Shown here: positions 6,584 through 16,757 of the stretch, piece after piece
Numbering within the stretch: the first letter of the stretch is position 1
Layout of the letters: the number at the start of each line of letters is the position of its first letter
Assembly: GCA_947625065.1 (NCBI GenBank)
Contig: CANQNB010000001.1
Location: 1 to 41,314, forward strand
Length of the DNA stretch: 41,314 bases
Reading direction: 5' to 3'
Origin: an uncultured Clostridia bacterium
GTDB lineage: Bacteria; Bacillota; Clostridia; Christensenellales; Borkfalkiaceae
The notes under the pieces: model-generated
What the model was told of the DNA's origin: nothing
What the model saw: only the letters and a program-made list of their open reading frames with translations
Databases searched by the model: none
Program-made: the position numbers and the translations under genes

Positions 6584-9214
6584 ATGGAACAACAGTATCG
6601 GCATCCGGCGGAGGAGGTCTTGCGCGACCTCAGGAGCGGCGAGGGCGGGCTGAGCAGCGAAGAGGCAGCGCTCCGCCAAAAGCAGTGGGGCGCGAACGCC
6701 CTGAAAGAGGGGAAAAAGAAGAGCGTGCTCGGGCTGTTCTTTGCCCAGTTCAAGGATCTGATGACCCTCATCCTCATCGCGGCGGCGGTGCTCTCGGGGG
6801 TGCTCGCCTTCCTCACGCGCGACACTGCCGAGCTCGTGGATACGGGCATCCTTCTGCTCATCATCGTGCTCAATGCCGTCGTCGGCTTTTTACAGGAGTA
6901 CCGCGCCGATTCCGCGCTGGAGAAGCTCAAAAAGCTCTCGGCGTGTGAGGCGAAGGTCATCCGCGACGGAAAGGTGGGGCGCATCGACGCCGAACAGCTC
7001 GTGCCGGGCGACGTCATCGAACTCGGGGAGGGGGACCGCATCCCCGCCGATTGCCGCATCCTGCGCAGTGAGGACTTCCGCTGCGACGAATCCTCCCTCA
7101 CGGGGGAATCCAAGCCCGTCAAAAAGTACGACTGCACGGTCACGGGTTCCGCGCTCGCCGCGCGGCACAACACGGCGTTTTCCTCCACGTTCTGCGTCAA
7201 GGGCAGTGCGCGGTGCGTGGTCGTGGAGACGGGCATGAACACAGAGACGGGCAAGATCGCCCGTCTTTTGAAGGAACAGAAGCCCGATCCCTCCCCCCTC
7301 GACAGGACGATCGCGCGGCTCGGCAAGATCATCACGGCGACCGTGCTCTGCGTGGCGGCGGTATTGTTCGTCGGCGGACTGCTTGCCAAGCGGGTGAGCT
7401 TGCTCGAAAACCTCATGTCCGCCGTTGCCGTCGCGGTCGCGGCGATCCCCGAGGGCATGGGCGCCGTCGTCACCGTCATCCTCGCGATGGGGGTGCGGCG
7501 GATGGCGAAGCGGCGCGCCGTCATGAGAAAGCTCTCCGCCGTCGAGGCGCTCGGCAGCTGCACCGTCATCTGTTCGGACAAGACGGGCACCCTCACCAAA
7601 AACCGCATGACGGTGGAGGAGATCGCGCCCTGCACGGAGGCGGCGAGGGGGGAGCTGCTCTGTTGCATCCGCGCTTGCCATACCGTCAAGGGGAGCGCGG
7701 GCGGCTATCTCGGGGACGCGACGGAGATCGCTCTCTTGGAGTATGCCGACCGCTGCGGTCACCGCTTTTCCCCCACCCATGTCGGGGGTACTCCCTTCAC
7801 GTCTGAACGAAAAATGATGAGCGTCTACGTGGAGAGCGAGGGCAGGCGCCGCCTGTATGCGAAGGGAGGCGCGGACATTCTCCTCAAAAAATGCACGCGG
7901 ATCCTGTCGGACGGCGGCGTGCGTCCCATCACGGAGGGGGACAGGCGGGCGGCGGAAAAAATCTGCCGCGCCTATGCCTCCGGGGCGATGCGGGTGCTCG
8001 CGTTCGCCTACGGCGATGAGGCGGAGGAGAGGGACCTCGTCTATTTGGGGGTCGCCGCCATGCTCGATCCGCCCAAGGAAGGGGTGAAGGAGGCGGTCGC
8101 TGCCTGCAAGCGGGCAGGGGTGCGCACCGTCATGATCACGGGCGACAGCCCCGACACAGCGTTTGCCATCGCCGCCCGCCTCGGCATTGCGGGGCGGAGG
8201 GAGGAGGTCGTCACGGGGGAGGAGATCGACCGCATGGGCGGGGAGGCATTTGCCGCGCGTGCGGAGGGATATGCGGTGTATGCCCGCGTCTCCCCGGGGC
8301 ACAAGTCGCAGATCGTGCGCGCCTTAAAGGGGAAGGGGGAGGTTGTCGCCATGACGGGGGACGGTGTGAACGACGCACCCGCCCTGCGCGCCGCGGACAT
8401 CGGTATCGCCATGGGCTCGGGGACGGACGTCACCAAAAACGCCTCCGACATCGTGCTCGCCGACGACAATTTCTCTACGATGGTCGGCGCCATCGAGGAG
8501 GGGCGCAACGTCTTTTTCAACATCAAAAAGACGGTCGACTTTTTCCTCGCGACCAACCTCGCCGAGGTGCTGTGCGTGCTCATCGTCTCCCTCTTCTTCC
8601 CGCGGTACGCCTTTCTCACCTCCACGCAGCTGCTCTGGATCAACCTCATCACCGACTCCCTGCCCGTCCTCGCCCTCGGTAGGGAACGCACCCGCGGGGC
8701 GATGGAGCGACCCCCGGTCGGCATCGACGAGATCTTTAGCAGGCGCTCGCTCGTAAAGATCGCCCTGTTCGGCGCCGTGCAGACGGGCATCCTCGTCGGC
8801 ATGTTCGCCGTGGCAAACGCGCTGTGCGGGAACGCGGTGGCGAGCACGATGGTCTTTGTCTCCCTCTCTCTGATGGAGCTGTTCTACGCCTTCAACGTGC
8901 GAAACGAGGGTACCATGTCCAAGATGAAGGACTTCTTTTCGAACAAAACCCTGCTTTTGACCGTTGCGGTCGGCATCGCGCTCACCGTCCTTCTCGTCGT
9001 CACGCCCCTGCGCGGACTGTTCGCTCTCGCTGCGCTCTCTCCCCTCGAATGGCTCGCTGCCCTCCTCCTTCCCATGCTCATCCTTCCGCTCGGGGAGGCG
9101 TATAAGGGGTGTCTGCTCGCGGCGGAAAAATTCGCCAAAAAACGGGGCGCCTCTGCGAAAAAGCGGGACAGAAAAAATGTGCGCGCGGGGACGCGCATGC
9201 GGGAGACATCGTAA
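6584..9214 (+). CDS. P-type (P2) cation-transporting ATPase, Ca2+-ATPase-like
   Basis: DKTGTLT phosphorylation site, TGES, MITGD, TGDGVNDAPAL and 10-TM-like hydrophobic segments. Start chosen at MEQQYRHPAEEVL (6584); there is no strong RBS, so the start is uncertain. Confidence 0.9.
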   Translation: MEQQYRHPAEEVLRDLRSGEGGLSSEEAALRQKQWGANALKEGKKKSVLGLFFAQFKDLMTLILIAAAVLSGVLAFLTRDTAELVDTGILLLIIVLNAVVGFLQEYRADSALEKLKKLSACEAKVIRDGKVGRIDAEQLVPGDVIELGEGDRIPADCRILRSEDFRCDESSLTGESKPVKKYDCTVTGSALAARHNTAFSSTFCVKGSARCVVVETGMNTETGKIARLLKEQKPDPSPLDRTIARLGKIITATVLCVAAVLFVGGLLAKRVSLLENLMSAVAVAVAAIPEGMGAVVTVILAMGVRRMAKRRAVMRKLSAVEALGSCTVICSDKTGTLTKNRMTVEEIAPCTEAARGELLCCIRACHTVKGSAGGYLGDATEIALLEYADRCGHRFSPTHVGGTPFTSERKMMSVYVESEGRRRLYAKGGADILLKKCTRILSDGGVRPITEGDRRAAEKICRAYASGAMRVLAFAYGDEAEERDLVYLGVAAMLDPPKEGVKEAVAACKRAGVRTVMITGDSPDTAFAIAARLGIAGRREEVVTGEEIDRMGGEAFAARAEGYAVYARVSPGHKSQIVRALKGKGEVVAMTGDGVNDAPALRAADIGIAMGSGTDVTKNASDIVLADDNFSTMVGAIEEGRNVFFNIKKTVDFFLATNLAEVLCVLIVSLFFPRYAFLTSTQLLWINLITDSLPVLALGRERTRGAMERPPVGIDEIFSRRSLVKIALFGAVQTGILVGMFAVANALCGNAVASTMVFVSLSLMELFYAFNVRNEGTMSKMKDFFSNKTLLLTVAVGIALTVLLVVTPLRGLFALAALSPLEWLAALLLPMLILPLGEAYKGCLLAAEKFAKKRGASAKKRDRKNVRAGTRMRETS

Positions 9215-9220
9215 AATAAG

Positions 9221-9248
9221 GCGCCGCGCGGCAAGTGCCGCGCGGCGC
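9221..9248. terminator. GC-rich hairpin between convergent ATPase and deacetylase genes
   Basis: GCGCCGCGCGGCA / TGCCGCGCGGCGC stem. A T-run is present only on the minus-strand side (plus AAAATAA at 9213-9219). Confidence 0.5.
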
Positions 9249-9272
9249 GCTGCGTATCGGAACACAAAAATC

Positions 9273-9983
9273 TTAAAGGGACTTGAAGACGTACCCCTCG
9301 TCGCGGAAATGCTCGATGATCTTGGGGAGCGCCTCGGCGGTCGCCTTGTGCGGCGCGGAGTCGTGCAGCAACAGGACGACCTTTTTCTTGCCCTTCGCCG
9401 TCTCGATCGCCCGCCGTTCGAGGGTCGCGGCATCGGCGTGGGGGATCTCCTCGTCTCCGCAGACGGCGTTCCACAGGACGGTCTCATACCCCATCTCCCG
9501 GAGCAGCGCTTCAAAGCGGTCATGCCGCCCGCCGCCGGGGAAGCGGTACAGCTTCGGCTTCTCGCCCGTGACCTTTTCGATGATCTCCGCGCACTTTCTC
9601 ACGTCCTCCAAAAAGGCGCGGTCGGAGGAATAGATGGCGTCGTACCTGTGCGAGTAGGTGTGGACGCCGATGGCGTGTCCCTCGTCATGGATGCGCCGCA
9701 GCACCTCTTCCCGCCCGAAGACCCGCTCGCCCGTGATAAAGAAGGTCGCGGGCACCCCCTCCTTGAGGAGGATGTCGAGGATGCGCCCCGTCACCACGGT
9801 GCTCGGTCCGTCGTCGAAGGTGAGGTAGATCTCGCGCGGCTGCGCCTTGGGGGAACCCTCCGTCTCCTCTTCGGAGGCAAATCCGAAGACGGGAGCGGCG
9901 AGATCGCGCCCGTACAGATGGGCAAAGAGCATGAGAACGAGCGCAAGACAAAAGATGACGATGGGAATGTATCTTTTTTGCAT
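9273..9983 (-). CDS. Polysaccharide deacetylase (NodB homology domain), membrane anchored
   Basis: Start at MQKRYIPIVIFCLALVLMLF (ATG at 9983), with TFDDGP and HTYSH motifs. The rest of the 613-aa track ORF is antisense to galM. Confidence 0.85.
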   Translation of the reverse strand: MQKRYIPIVIFCLALVLMLFAHLYGRDLAAPVFGFASEEETEGSPKAQPREIYLTFDDGPSTVVTGRILDILLKEGVPATFFITGERVFGREEVLRRIHDEGHAIGVHTYSHRYDAIYSSDRAFLEDVRKCAEIIEKVTGEKPKLYRFPGGGRHDRFEALLREMGYETVLWNAVCGDEEIPHADAATLERRAIETAKGKKKVVLLLHDSAPHKATAEALPKIIEHFRDEGYVFKSL

Positions 9984-10014
9984 GCAACAAGCATGTGGAA
10001 TTTCCGCAAAAATA

Positions 10015-10043
10015 TTTACATTTCGTGGGCGGCATGGTATAAT
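10015..10043 (+). promoter_or_regulatory. Sigma-A-type promoter for galM
   Basis: TTTACA, a 17-nt spacer, then TGGTATAAT. Confidence 0.55.
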
Positions 10044-10064
10044 GAAACCATCAAGGAGGAAATC

Positions 10065-11102
10065 ATGATCACTACATCCAAATTCGGCTACACCAAGGAC
10101 GGGAGGGAGGTCCTCGCCTTCACCATCACGGAGGGGGACAGCTTCGTCACACTGCTCAACTACGGCGGCATCGTGCAGAGCCTCGTCGTGCCCGCATCGA
10201 ACGGCGAACCGGTGGACGTCATCCTCGGGTATAACGACGTCGCGAGCTACGAGGACAACGGCGGCTATCTCGGGGCGCTCATCGGGCGGTTCGGCAACCG
10301 CATCGGCGAGGGAAAGCTCACGATCGACGGTGTCCGATACGACCTCTTCAACAACGACCGCGGCAACCACCTGCACGGCGGGAAGGCGGGCTTCAACAAA
10401 AAGATCTGGGCGCACGAGATCGTCGACGACGCGACCGTGGCGCTTTCCATCGTCTCCCCCGACGGAGAGGAGAACTATCCGGGCACGCTGACGGTGCGCG
10501 TGGAGTACACTTTCAGACATGGTACCCTCAAAATTCATTACCATGCCACGACGGACAAGAAGACGGCGGTCAATCTCACCAATCACGCGTACTTCAATCT
10601 GAACGGTGAGGGAGATGGCTCCATCCTCGACAACGTTCTCTGGATCGACTGCGACGAGATCACGCCGACCAACCCCACGATGATCCCCGTGGGCGGGTTC
10701 CGCAAGGTCGCGGGCACCCCCTTCGACTTCCGCTCCCCCAAGGCGATCGGGCAGGACATCGGGGCGGACGACGTCGACCTGAAACAGGGCAACGGCTACG
10801 ACCACTGCCACGTCCTCAAAAAGCAAAAGGGCAAGTATGCGAAATACGCCATCGTCACGAGCCTGAAGACGGGCATCACGATGACCTGCTACACCGACAT
10901 GCCCGCGGTGCAGTTCTATTCGGGCAACGGGCTCGCGCAGGAGGGGAAGACGGTCTACTACGGCAAGCGCGCGGGGTTCTGCCTGGAGACGCAGGCGATC
11001 CCCAACAACGTGAACGTGCCCGAGTACGCCGCCCTCGGGAGCTCCCTGCTCGACGCGGGCGAGGAGTACGACTTCACCGCGGCATACGAATTCAGATCGT
11101 GA
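10065..11102 (+). CDS. galM: Aldose 1-epimerase (galactose mutarotase)
   Basis: Start at the ATG at 10065 after AAGGAGGAAATC. GalM-type blocks are present (GNRIGEGKLTIDGVRYDL, NHLHGG, TNHAYFNL, FCLETQ). Confidence 0.9.
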   Translation: MITTSKFGYTKDGREVLAFTITEGDSFVTLLNYGGIVQSLVVPASNGEPVDVILGYNDVASYEDNGGYLGALIGRFGNRIGEGKLTIDGVRYDLFNNDRGNHLHGGKAGFNKKIWAHEIVDDATVALSIVSPDGEENYPGTLTVRVEYTFRHGTLKIHYHATTDKKTAVNLTNHAYFNLNGEGDGSILDNVLWIDCDEITPTNPTMIPVGGFRKVAGTPFDFRSPKAIGQDIGADDVDLKQGNGYDHCHVLKKQKGKYAKYAIVTSLKTGITMTCYTDMPAVQFYSGNGLAQEGKTVYYGKRAGFCLETQAIPNNVNVPEYAALGSSLLDAGEEYDFTAAYEFRS

Positions 11103-11129
11103 CCAATGTCTCATGTGTAAAGCGAAGAG

Positions 11130-11155
11130 CGGACGGACCCCGTCCGTTTTTCTTT
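11130..11155 (+). terminator. Rho-independent terminator after galM
   Basis: CGGACGG-ACC-CCGTCCG followed by TTTTTCTTTTT. Confidence 0.8.
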
Positions 11156-11156
11156 T

Positions 11157-11345
11157 TGCGAAGGGGCTCCCTTGCCTCCCCCCTTTTACCAGAGGGGGGA
11201 GGAAGACGCGGCATAGCCGCGTCAGGTAGGGGGTGCCATAAAGCGGATCGCGACACCCCTTCCGTCACCTTCGGTGACACCCACCCCTCAAGGGGTGGGC
11301 AAGATGGCTCTCTCGTCCTCCTCTCCCCCGCGGTGGGCAAGGGGG
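11157..11345. repeat. Modular hairpin repeat element (short colinear copy of 35324-35566)
   Basis: CCCCCC-TTTTACCAGA-GGGGGG (11178-11199), GACGCGGCATAGCCGCGTCAGGTAGGGGGTG (11204-11234), GACACCCCTTCCGTC (11252-11266), CCTCAAGGGGTGGGCAAG (11286-11303). Confidence 0.8.
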
Positions 11346-11397
11346 GAGGGTGCGGCATAGGATGAAGTGTACGCACTTTCACGAGAGGAACTTACAA

Positions 11398-12165
11398 ATG
11401 CAATGGTTTTTATCGCTCGAAACATGGGTGCAGGCGCTTCTCGCCTCCCTCATGACCTACTCCGCCACGGCACTGGGCGCCTCCCTCGTCTTCTTCTCCA
11501 AAAGATTGCACCGCACGGCGCTCACCGCGCTCACGGGCGGGGCGGCGGGCATCATGATCGCGGCGAGCTTCTTCTCCCTCCTCCTGCCCGCCATGGAGTA
11601 CGCCACAGCCCTCCCCGTCTGGCTCACCGTCACTCTCGGCTTTTTGCTCGGCGGCGCCTTCATCGTCGGGAGCGACTTTTTGCTCACCAAAAAGCGCATC
11701 GCCTTCCGCACTCTCGGGCGGAGGAACGGGCTGCTCTACGTCGCCGTGACCCTCCACAACATCCCCGAAGGCATGGCGGTGGGCGTCGCGTTTGCCGCCG
11801 CGGCAGGGATGCAGGGGGTGTTCGCCGCCCTCCTCTTTGCGGTGGGCATCGCCGTGCAGAACTTCCCCGAAGGGGCTTGCGTCGCCTTTCCCCTGCGCGC
11901 GGAGGGAATGTCTGCGGGCAAGGCGTTTGCGTTCTCGCAGGGGTCGGGGCTCGTGGAGATCCCCGCCTGCGTGCTGGGCGCCGTCGCCGCCACCTTCATC
12001 ACGGGGCTGATGCCGTGGGCGCTCGCCTTCTCCGCGGGGGCGATGATCGCCGTCGTCTGCTCCGAGCTCATCCCCGAATGTTTTGCGGGGAACAAGACGG
12101 TCGCATCGTTCGGCGTGGTCGCAGGATTCTGCCTGATGATGATCCTCGATCTCGCCCTCGGCTGA
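11398..12165 (+). CDS. ZIP-family divalent metal (zinc) transporter
   Basis: Multi-TM protein with HNIPEGMAVG and QNFPEG signature segments. Start at the ATG at 11398. Confidence 0.85.
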   Translation: MQWFLSLETWVQALLASLMTYSATALGASLVFFSKRLHRTALTALTGGAAGIMIAASFFSLLLPAMEYATALPVWLTVTLGFLLGGAFIVGSDFLLTKKRIAFRTLGRRNGLLYVAVTLHNIPEGMAVGVAFAAAAGMQGVFAALLFAVGIAVQNFPEGACVAFPLRAEGMSAGKAFAFSQGSGLVEIPACVLGAVAATFITGLMPWALAFSAGAMIAVVCSELIPECFAGNKTVASFGVVAGFCLMMILDLALG

Positions 12166-12168
12166 CCG

Positions 12169-13140
12169 ATGGAAGGGGCGCATAAAATCTTCCGCCTTTC
12201 CCATACTTTGGGTATGAAAACGCAAACAAAGAGCGCGGAGACCGCGCAACAGACGCCGCCCGCAGCAGAGGAGACGGCAGGCAAGGCGGCAGGGGAGAAG
12301 ACGCCGCCTGCGGGCAAGATGAGCGAAAACGAGCATACCATGTCCGCGAGACGCACCGCTGTGATCGTCGGCGCGTCGTCGGGGATCGGGCGGGAGACGG
12401 CGCTCCGTCTTCTCGCGCGGGGGTTCCGCGTCTACAACATTTCCCGCACCCCCTTCAAGGGCGAGCGCGTCAAAACGATCGCCGCCGATGCCGCCATGGA
12501 GGGGGAGGTCGCTTCCGCCGTGAAGAGGGCGGGGGAGGAGTCGGGCGCCATCGACCTGTTCGTCTATTCCGCGGGGTTTTCCATGGCTGCACCCATCGAA
12601 TACGCCAAGAGCGGCGACTACCGCTACCTGTTTGAGGTCAACTATTTCGGCGCGGTGGAGGGGCTGCGCGCGGCGGCGCCCTTCCTCAAACGCCGCGGCG
12701 GGAGGGCGGTGCTCGTCGGCTCGATCGGGGGCGACGTGCCCATTCCCTACGACAGCTTCTATTCCTCCTCCAAGGCGGCGCTCGGCATGCTCGCGCGGGA
12801 AGCCGATCTCGAACTCCGCCCGCACGGGGTGCGCGTCTCTGCCCTTCTGCCCGGAGGAACGGCGACCGATTTCACCTATGCGCGGCGGGTGTACGGGGAA
12901 GAGGAGAGCCTCGTCTATGCCCCCTCCGTCAAGAAGGCGTCTGCCGCCCTCGCCAACATGGAGCAGGGCGGGATGAACCCCTCCCTCGTCGCCGATGCCA
13001 TCCTCAAACTCGCCGAAAAGAGGAACCCGCCGCCCGTGTCTGCCGTCGGAGGGAGGAACGGCTTCGTCCGCTATATGAGCAAGATGCTGCCCGAGCGCGT
13101 CACCGATTGGTTCGTGCGCAAAAAATTCAATCAGAGATAG
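12169..13140 (+). CDS. Short-chain dehydrogenase/reductase (SDR) family oxidoreductase
   Basis: TAVIVGASSGIGRE Rossmann motif and YSSSKAAL catalytic motif. The start is uncertain (ATGs at 12169, 12214, 12319, 12340). The first roughly 55 residues are low-complexity. Confidence 0.8.
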   Translation: MEGAHKIFRLSHTLGMKTQTKSAETAQQTPPAAEETAGKAAGEKTPPAGKMSENEHTMSARRTAVIVGASSGIGRETALRLLARGFRVYNISRTPFKGERVKTIAADAAMEGEVASAVKRAGEESGAIDLFVYSAGFSMAAPIEYAKSGDYRYLFEVNYFGAVEGLRAAAPFLKRRGGRAVLVGSIGGDVPIPYDSFYSSSKAALGMLAREADLELRPHGVRVSALLPGGTATDFTYARRVYGEEESLVYAPSVKKASAALANMEQGGMNPSLVADAILKLAEKRNPPPVSAVGGRNGFVRYMSKMLPERVTDWFVRKKFNQR

Positions 13141-13161
13141 AAAGGTTTTCGCGCCGATCGC

Positions 13162-13190
13162 TTGACGGGGAAGGGGGGAACGGCTATAAT
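13162..13190 (+). promoter_or_regulatory. Sigma-A-type promoter for fhs
   Basis: TTGACG, a 17-nt spacer, then TATAAT. This leaves a leader of about 170 nt before the fhs ATG. Confidence 0.5.
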
Positions 13191-13364
13191 AATGTTGACA
13201 GGGGTCAGTGACCCCCCCAAAGGGCGCGACGAACGGAGTATCCGAACGGAAAGGCAAGTTTTTTCTGCGCGAAAAAATTTGTCTTTTCTTTTTCGGAGCT
13301 TCGTGCGGGCGCGCAAGAGACTGCGGAAAGACCGGTCTGCCCCGGTCCAATCGAGGAGCGCATC

Positions 13365-15029
13365 ATGAAGACGGACATTGAGATCGCACGGGAAGCGAAG
13401 AAACAGCCCATCGCCGCCATCGCGGCAAAGCTCGGCATCGGCGAGGAGCATCTCGAATCTTACGGAAAGTACAAGGCGAAGCTCTCGCCCTCCGCTCTCG
13501 AAGGCAGGGAGAGGAGGGGGAAGCTCATCCTCGTGACGGCGATCACCCCGACGCCCGCGGGAGAGGGGAAGACGACGACCACCATCGGGCTTGCGGACGG
13601 TCTCACGCGCATCGGAAAGAGGGCGGTCGTCGCCCTGCGCGAACCCTCCCTCGGACCTGTGTTCGGCATCAAGGGGGGCGCCGCAGGCGGCGGATACGCA
13701 CAGGTCGTCCCCATGGAGGACATTAACCTCCACTTCACGGGGGATTTCCATGCCGTCGGCGCGGCGAACAACCTGCTCGCCGCCATGCTCGACAACCACA
13801 TCTTTCAAGGGAACGCCCTGCACATCGACTCGGAGCGCATCACGTGGAAGCGGTGCGTCGACATGAACGACCGCCAGCTCCGCTACATCGAAGACGGTCT
13901 CGGTGGCGCCAAGTCGGGCGTTCCGAGGAGGGACGGCTTCGACATCACGGTGGCGAGCGAAGTGATGGCAGCGCTCTGCCTCGCGACCTCCCTCTCCGAC
14001 CTGAAAGCGCGGCTCTCCCGCCTCATCGTGGGCTACGACGAGGGGGGCATGCCCGTGACGGCGGGGGACTTGAAGGCTGCGGGAGCGATGTGCGCTCTCT
14101 TGAAGGACGCCATCAAACCCAACCTCGTGCAGACCCTCGAGGGGACGCCCGCGCTTGTGCACGGCGGTCCCTTTGCGAACATCGCGCACGGGTGCAATTC
14201 CGTCGCCGCGACCGACGCGGCGCTCAAACTCGGCGACTATGTCGTCACGGAGGCAGGCTTCGGCGCCGATTTGGGGGCGGAGAAGTTCTTCGACATCAAG
14301 TGCCGCATCGCGGGGCTCAAACCGAGTGCGGTCGTCGTCGTCGCCACCGTCCGCGCCCTCAAAATGCACGGCGGCCTCCCCAAGACGGAGCTCGCGAAGG
14401 AGGACCTCTCCGCTCTCGAAGGGGGGCTCCCCAACCTGCTGCGCCATCTCTCCAATATTCAAAATGTCTATGGACTTCCCGCGGTCGTTGCCGTCAACCG
14501 CTTCCCGACGGACACCGATGCAGAGATCGCCCTCGTCGTCGAGCGTTGCAAGGCGCTCGGCGTGAACGTGCGGCTCTCCACCGTCTGGGCGGAAGGGGGC
14601 AGAGGGGGCGAAGAGCTCGCCCGCGAGGTCGTGCGGCTGTGCGAAGAGGAGAGCGACTTTCGGTACTGCTACGATACGGCGCTCCCCATCAGGGAAAAGA
14701 TCGGGGCGATCGTCACAAAAATTTACGGCGGCGCGGGAGCGGTCTACACCCCCGAGGCGGAGGAGGAGATCGCGCGGCTCGAGGAGCTCGGCTTCGGCAA
14801 GCTCCCCGTCTGCATGGCGAAGACGCAATATTCCTTCTCCGACGACCCGTCCAAGCTCGGTGCGCCGCGCGGCTTTACGGTGACGGTGCGCTCGGCGAAG
14901 GTCTCGGCGGGCGCAGGCTTCGTCGTCGCCCTCACGGGCAGCATCATGACGATGCCGGGGCTCCCCAAGATCCCCGCGGCGGAGAACATCGACGTCGACG
15001 AAGACGGGAACATCACGGGGCTCTTCTGA
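13365..15029 (+). CDS. fhs: Formate--tetrahydrofolate ligase
   Basis: 554 aa with full-length FTHFS signatures ([44 protein letters not shown]-like). Confidence 0.97.
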   Translation: MKTDIEIAREAKKQPIAAIAAKLGIGEEHLESYGKYKAKLSPSALEGRERRGKLILVTAITPTPAGEGKTTTTIGLADGLTRIGKRAVVALREPSLGPVFGIKGGAAGGGYAQVVPMEDINLHFTGDFHAVGAANNLLAAMLDNHIFQGNALHIDSERITWKRCVDMNDRQLRYIEDGLGGAKSGVPRRDGFDITVASEVMAALCLATSLSDLKARLSRLIVGYDEGGMPVTAGDLKAAGAMCALLKDAIKPNLVQTLEGTPALVHGGPFANIAHGCNSVAATDAALKLGDYVVTEAGFGADLGAEKFFDIKCRIAGLKPSAVVVVATVRALKMHGGLPKTELAKEDLSALEGGLPNLLRHLSNIQNVYGLPAVVAVNRFPTDTDAEIALVVERCKALGVNVRLSTVWAEGGRGGEELAREVVRLCEEESDFRYCYDTALPIREKIGAIVTKIYGGAGAVYTPEAEEEIARLEELGFGKLPVCMAKTQYSFSDDPSKLGAPRGFTVTVRSAKVSAGAGFVVALTGSIMTMPGLPKIPAAENIDVDEDGNITGLF

Positions 15030-16042
15030 TGGACGAACAGGAGATGCTGCGGGCGGCGATCCCTCCCCTGCTCGCGTGGTTTCACCAAAACAAGAGGGAG
15101 CTGCCGTGGAGGACAGGCCGCACGCCCTATACCGCGCTCGTCGCCGAGCTCATGCTCCAGCAGACGCGGGTGGAGGCGGTGAAGGAGCGCTACGTCCTCT
15201 TTTTGGAGCGCTTCCCCACGGCGGAATCGCTCGCCGCGGCAGACGAGGAGGAAGTCCTCAAATTCTGGGAGGGGCTCGGCTATTATTCCCGCGCGCGCAA
15301 CCTGCATAAGGCGGCGAAGATCATCGCGCGTGAGGGCTTCCCTCAGACATGGGTGGGTTTGAGAGCGTTGCCGGGAGTTGGGGACTACACCGCAGGCGCG
15401 GTCGCCTCCATCGCGCTCGGGCTGCCTGCGCCCGCTGTCGACGGCAATGTGCTGCGCATTTTGACGCGCTTTTTCGCCGACGGGCGGAACATCGCGCAGG
15501 ACGGGACGAAAAAGTACTTTTCCCGCCTCCTCGAGGGGGTCTATCCCCCCGAGACAGCCGATTTCACCGAGGCGCTCATGGAGCTCGGCGCGACCGTCTG
15601 CGTACCCAACGGACCCCCGACGTGCGGGGCATGTCCGTGGTCTGACCGTTGCAAAGCCCATCTCGCGGGGGAAGAGGAGCGGTATCCCGTGCGCACGGAA
15701 AAGCGGGCGCGGCGGGTGGAGCGCCTCCTCGTGTATGTGCTCAGGCAGGGGAAAAAATACGCCATCCGCAAGCGCCCCGCGAAGGGGCTGCTCGCAGGGC
15801 TGTGGGAGTTCCCCAACGAACCCGCGGAGGGCGCAAGTTCCCCGCAGGGTGCGGGCACGGTCGTCGCCGTGCGGGAGGCGAAGCACATCTTCACCCACGT
15901 CGAGTGGCACATGACGGGCTATCTCATCGAGGTCGGTCCTTCGCAGGCGCAGGAGGGGCTCGTCTGGGCGACGGCGGAGGAGGTGCGGACGCGCTATGCT
16001 CTTCCCTCCGCATTCAAGGCATTCATGGAGTGGATCGAATGA
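15029..16042 (+). CDS. mutY: A/G-specific adenine DNA glycosylase
   Basis: The start ATG overlaps the fhs stop (TGATG). It has an HhH-GPD region (LMLQQTRVEAV, LPGVGDYTAGAV), an Fe-S cluster loop (CxxxxxxCxxCxxxxxC) and a NUDIX-like C-terminus. Confidence 0.9.
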   Translation: MDEQEMLRAAIPPLLAWFHQNKRELPWRTGRTPYTALVAELMLQQTRVEAVKERYVLFLERFPTAESLAAADEEEVLKFWEGLGYYSRARNLHKAAKIIAREGFPQTWVGLRALPGVGDYTAGAVASIALGLPAPAVDGNVLRILTRFFADGRNIAQDGTKKYFSRLLEGVYPPETADFTEALMELGATVCVPNGPPTCGACPWSDRCKAHLAGEEERYPVRTEKRARRVERLLVYVLRQGKKYAIRKRPAKGLLAGLWEFPNEPAEGASSPQGAGTVVAVREAKHIFTHVEWHMTGYLIEVGPSQAQEGLVWATAEEVRTRYALPSAFKAFMEWIE

Positions 16043-16049
16043 AATCGCG

Positions 16050-16078
16050 TTGACAACGGCGCGGTTTCTTGGTATAAT
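16050..16078 (+). promoter_or_regulatory. Sigma-A-type promoter for the tmk-rimM-trmD cluster
   Basis: TTGACA, a 17-nt spacer, then TGGTATAAT. Confidence 0.6.
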
Positions 16079-16124
16079 ATTGGTACGATAGATGTCACAG
16101 GAAAAAGGCACAGAGGGGACGAAG

Positions 16125-16757
16125 ATGAACAGAGGCAAATTCATCGTATTCGAAGGGACGGACGGCAGCGGGAAGTCCACACAGATGAAACTTCTCGGGA
16201 GCTACCTTGCTTCGCGCGGGGTGGCGGTCTATCATACGCACGAGCCGACCGGCTCCCCCTTCGGCGCCCTTCTCCACGACTGCATGACGGGGAAGATCGA
16301 CACCGACGAGAGGGCGATCGCGGCGCTCTTTGCCGTCGACCGCATCGACCACATCGAAAACCCGGTCAGCGGCATCCGCGCCAAACTCGAGCAGGGCGTC
16401 ACCGTGCTCTGCGATCGCTACTATTTTTCCTCCTTTGCCTACAACGGCGGGTTCGTTCCCCTCGACTGGGTCATCGAACTCAACCGCCCCGCCATCGAGG
16501 GCATGCGCCCCGACATGGTCATCTTCCTCGACCTCCCTGCCGAGGACGGGATGAGGCGTCTCTCCCGCCGCAGCGAAAGGGAGCGCTACGAGAGCCTCGA
16601 ACGGCAAACGCTCATCCGCGAAAAGTACTTCGAGGTGTTCGAGCGGTTCAAGGGGGAGGAGAACATCCACATCGTCAAGAGCGAGGAGGACAGCATGCAG
16701 ACGCAGGTGCGCATCCGCCGTCTTGCCGATGAGCTCTTTTTCGGAGGGAACGCATGA
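16125..16757 (+). CDS. tmk: Thymidylate kinase
   Basis: Start at MNRGKFIVFEGTDGSGKSTQ (ATG at 16125, RBS GAGGGG), with a P-loop and a DRY motif (CDRYYFSS). Confidence 0.92.
   Translation: MNRGKFIVFEGTDGSGKSTQMKLLGSYLASRGVAVYHTHEPTGSPFGALLHDCMTGKIDTDERAIAALFAVDRIDHIENPVSGIRAKLEQGVTVLCDRYYFSSFAYNGGFVPLDWVIELNRPAIEGMRPDMVIFLDLPAEDGMRRLSRRSERERYESLERQTLIREKYFEVFERFKGEENIHIVKSEEDSMQTQVRIRRLADELFFGGNA

Noticed and set aside
13191-13364. ZTP (pfl) or THF riboswitch upstream of fhs.
   Set aside because: GGGGTCAGTGAC loosely resembles the ZTP 5' GGGUCGUGAC. However, the conserved 3' CCGCCUGGGC-type element and the pseudoknot partners are not present by eye. It is kept only as an unassigned leader (see findings).
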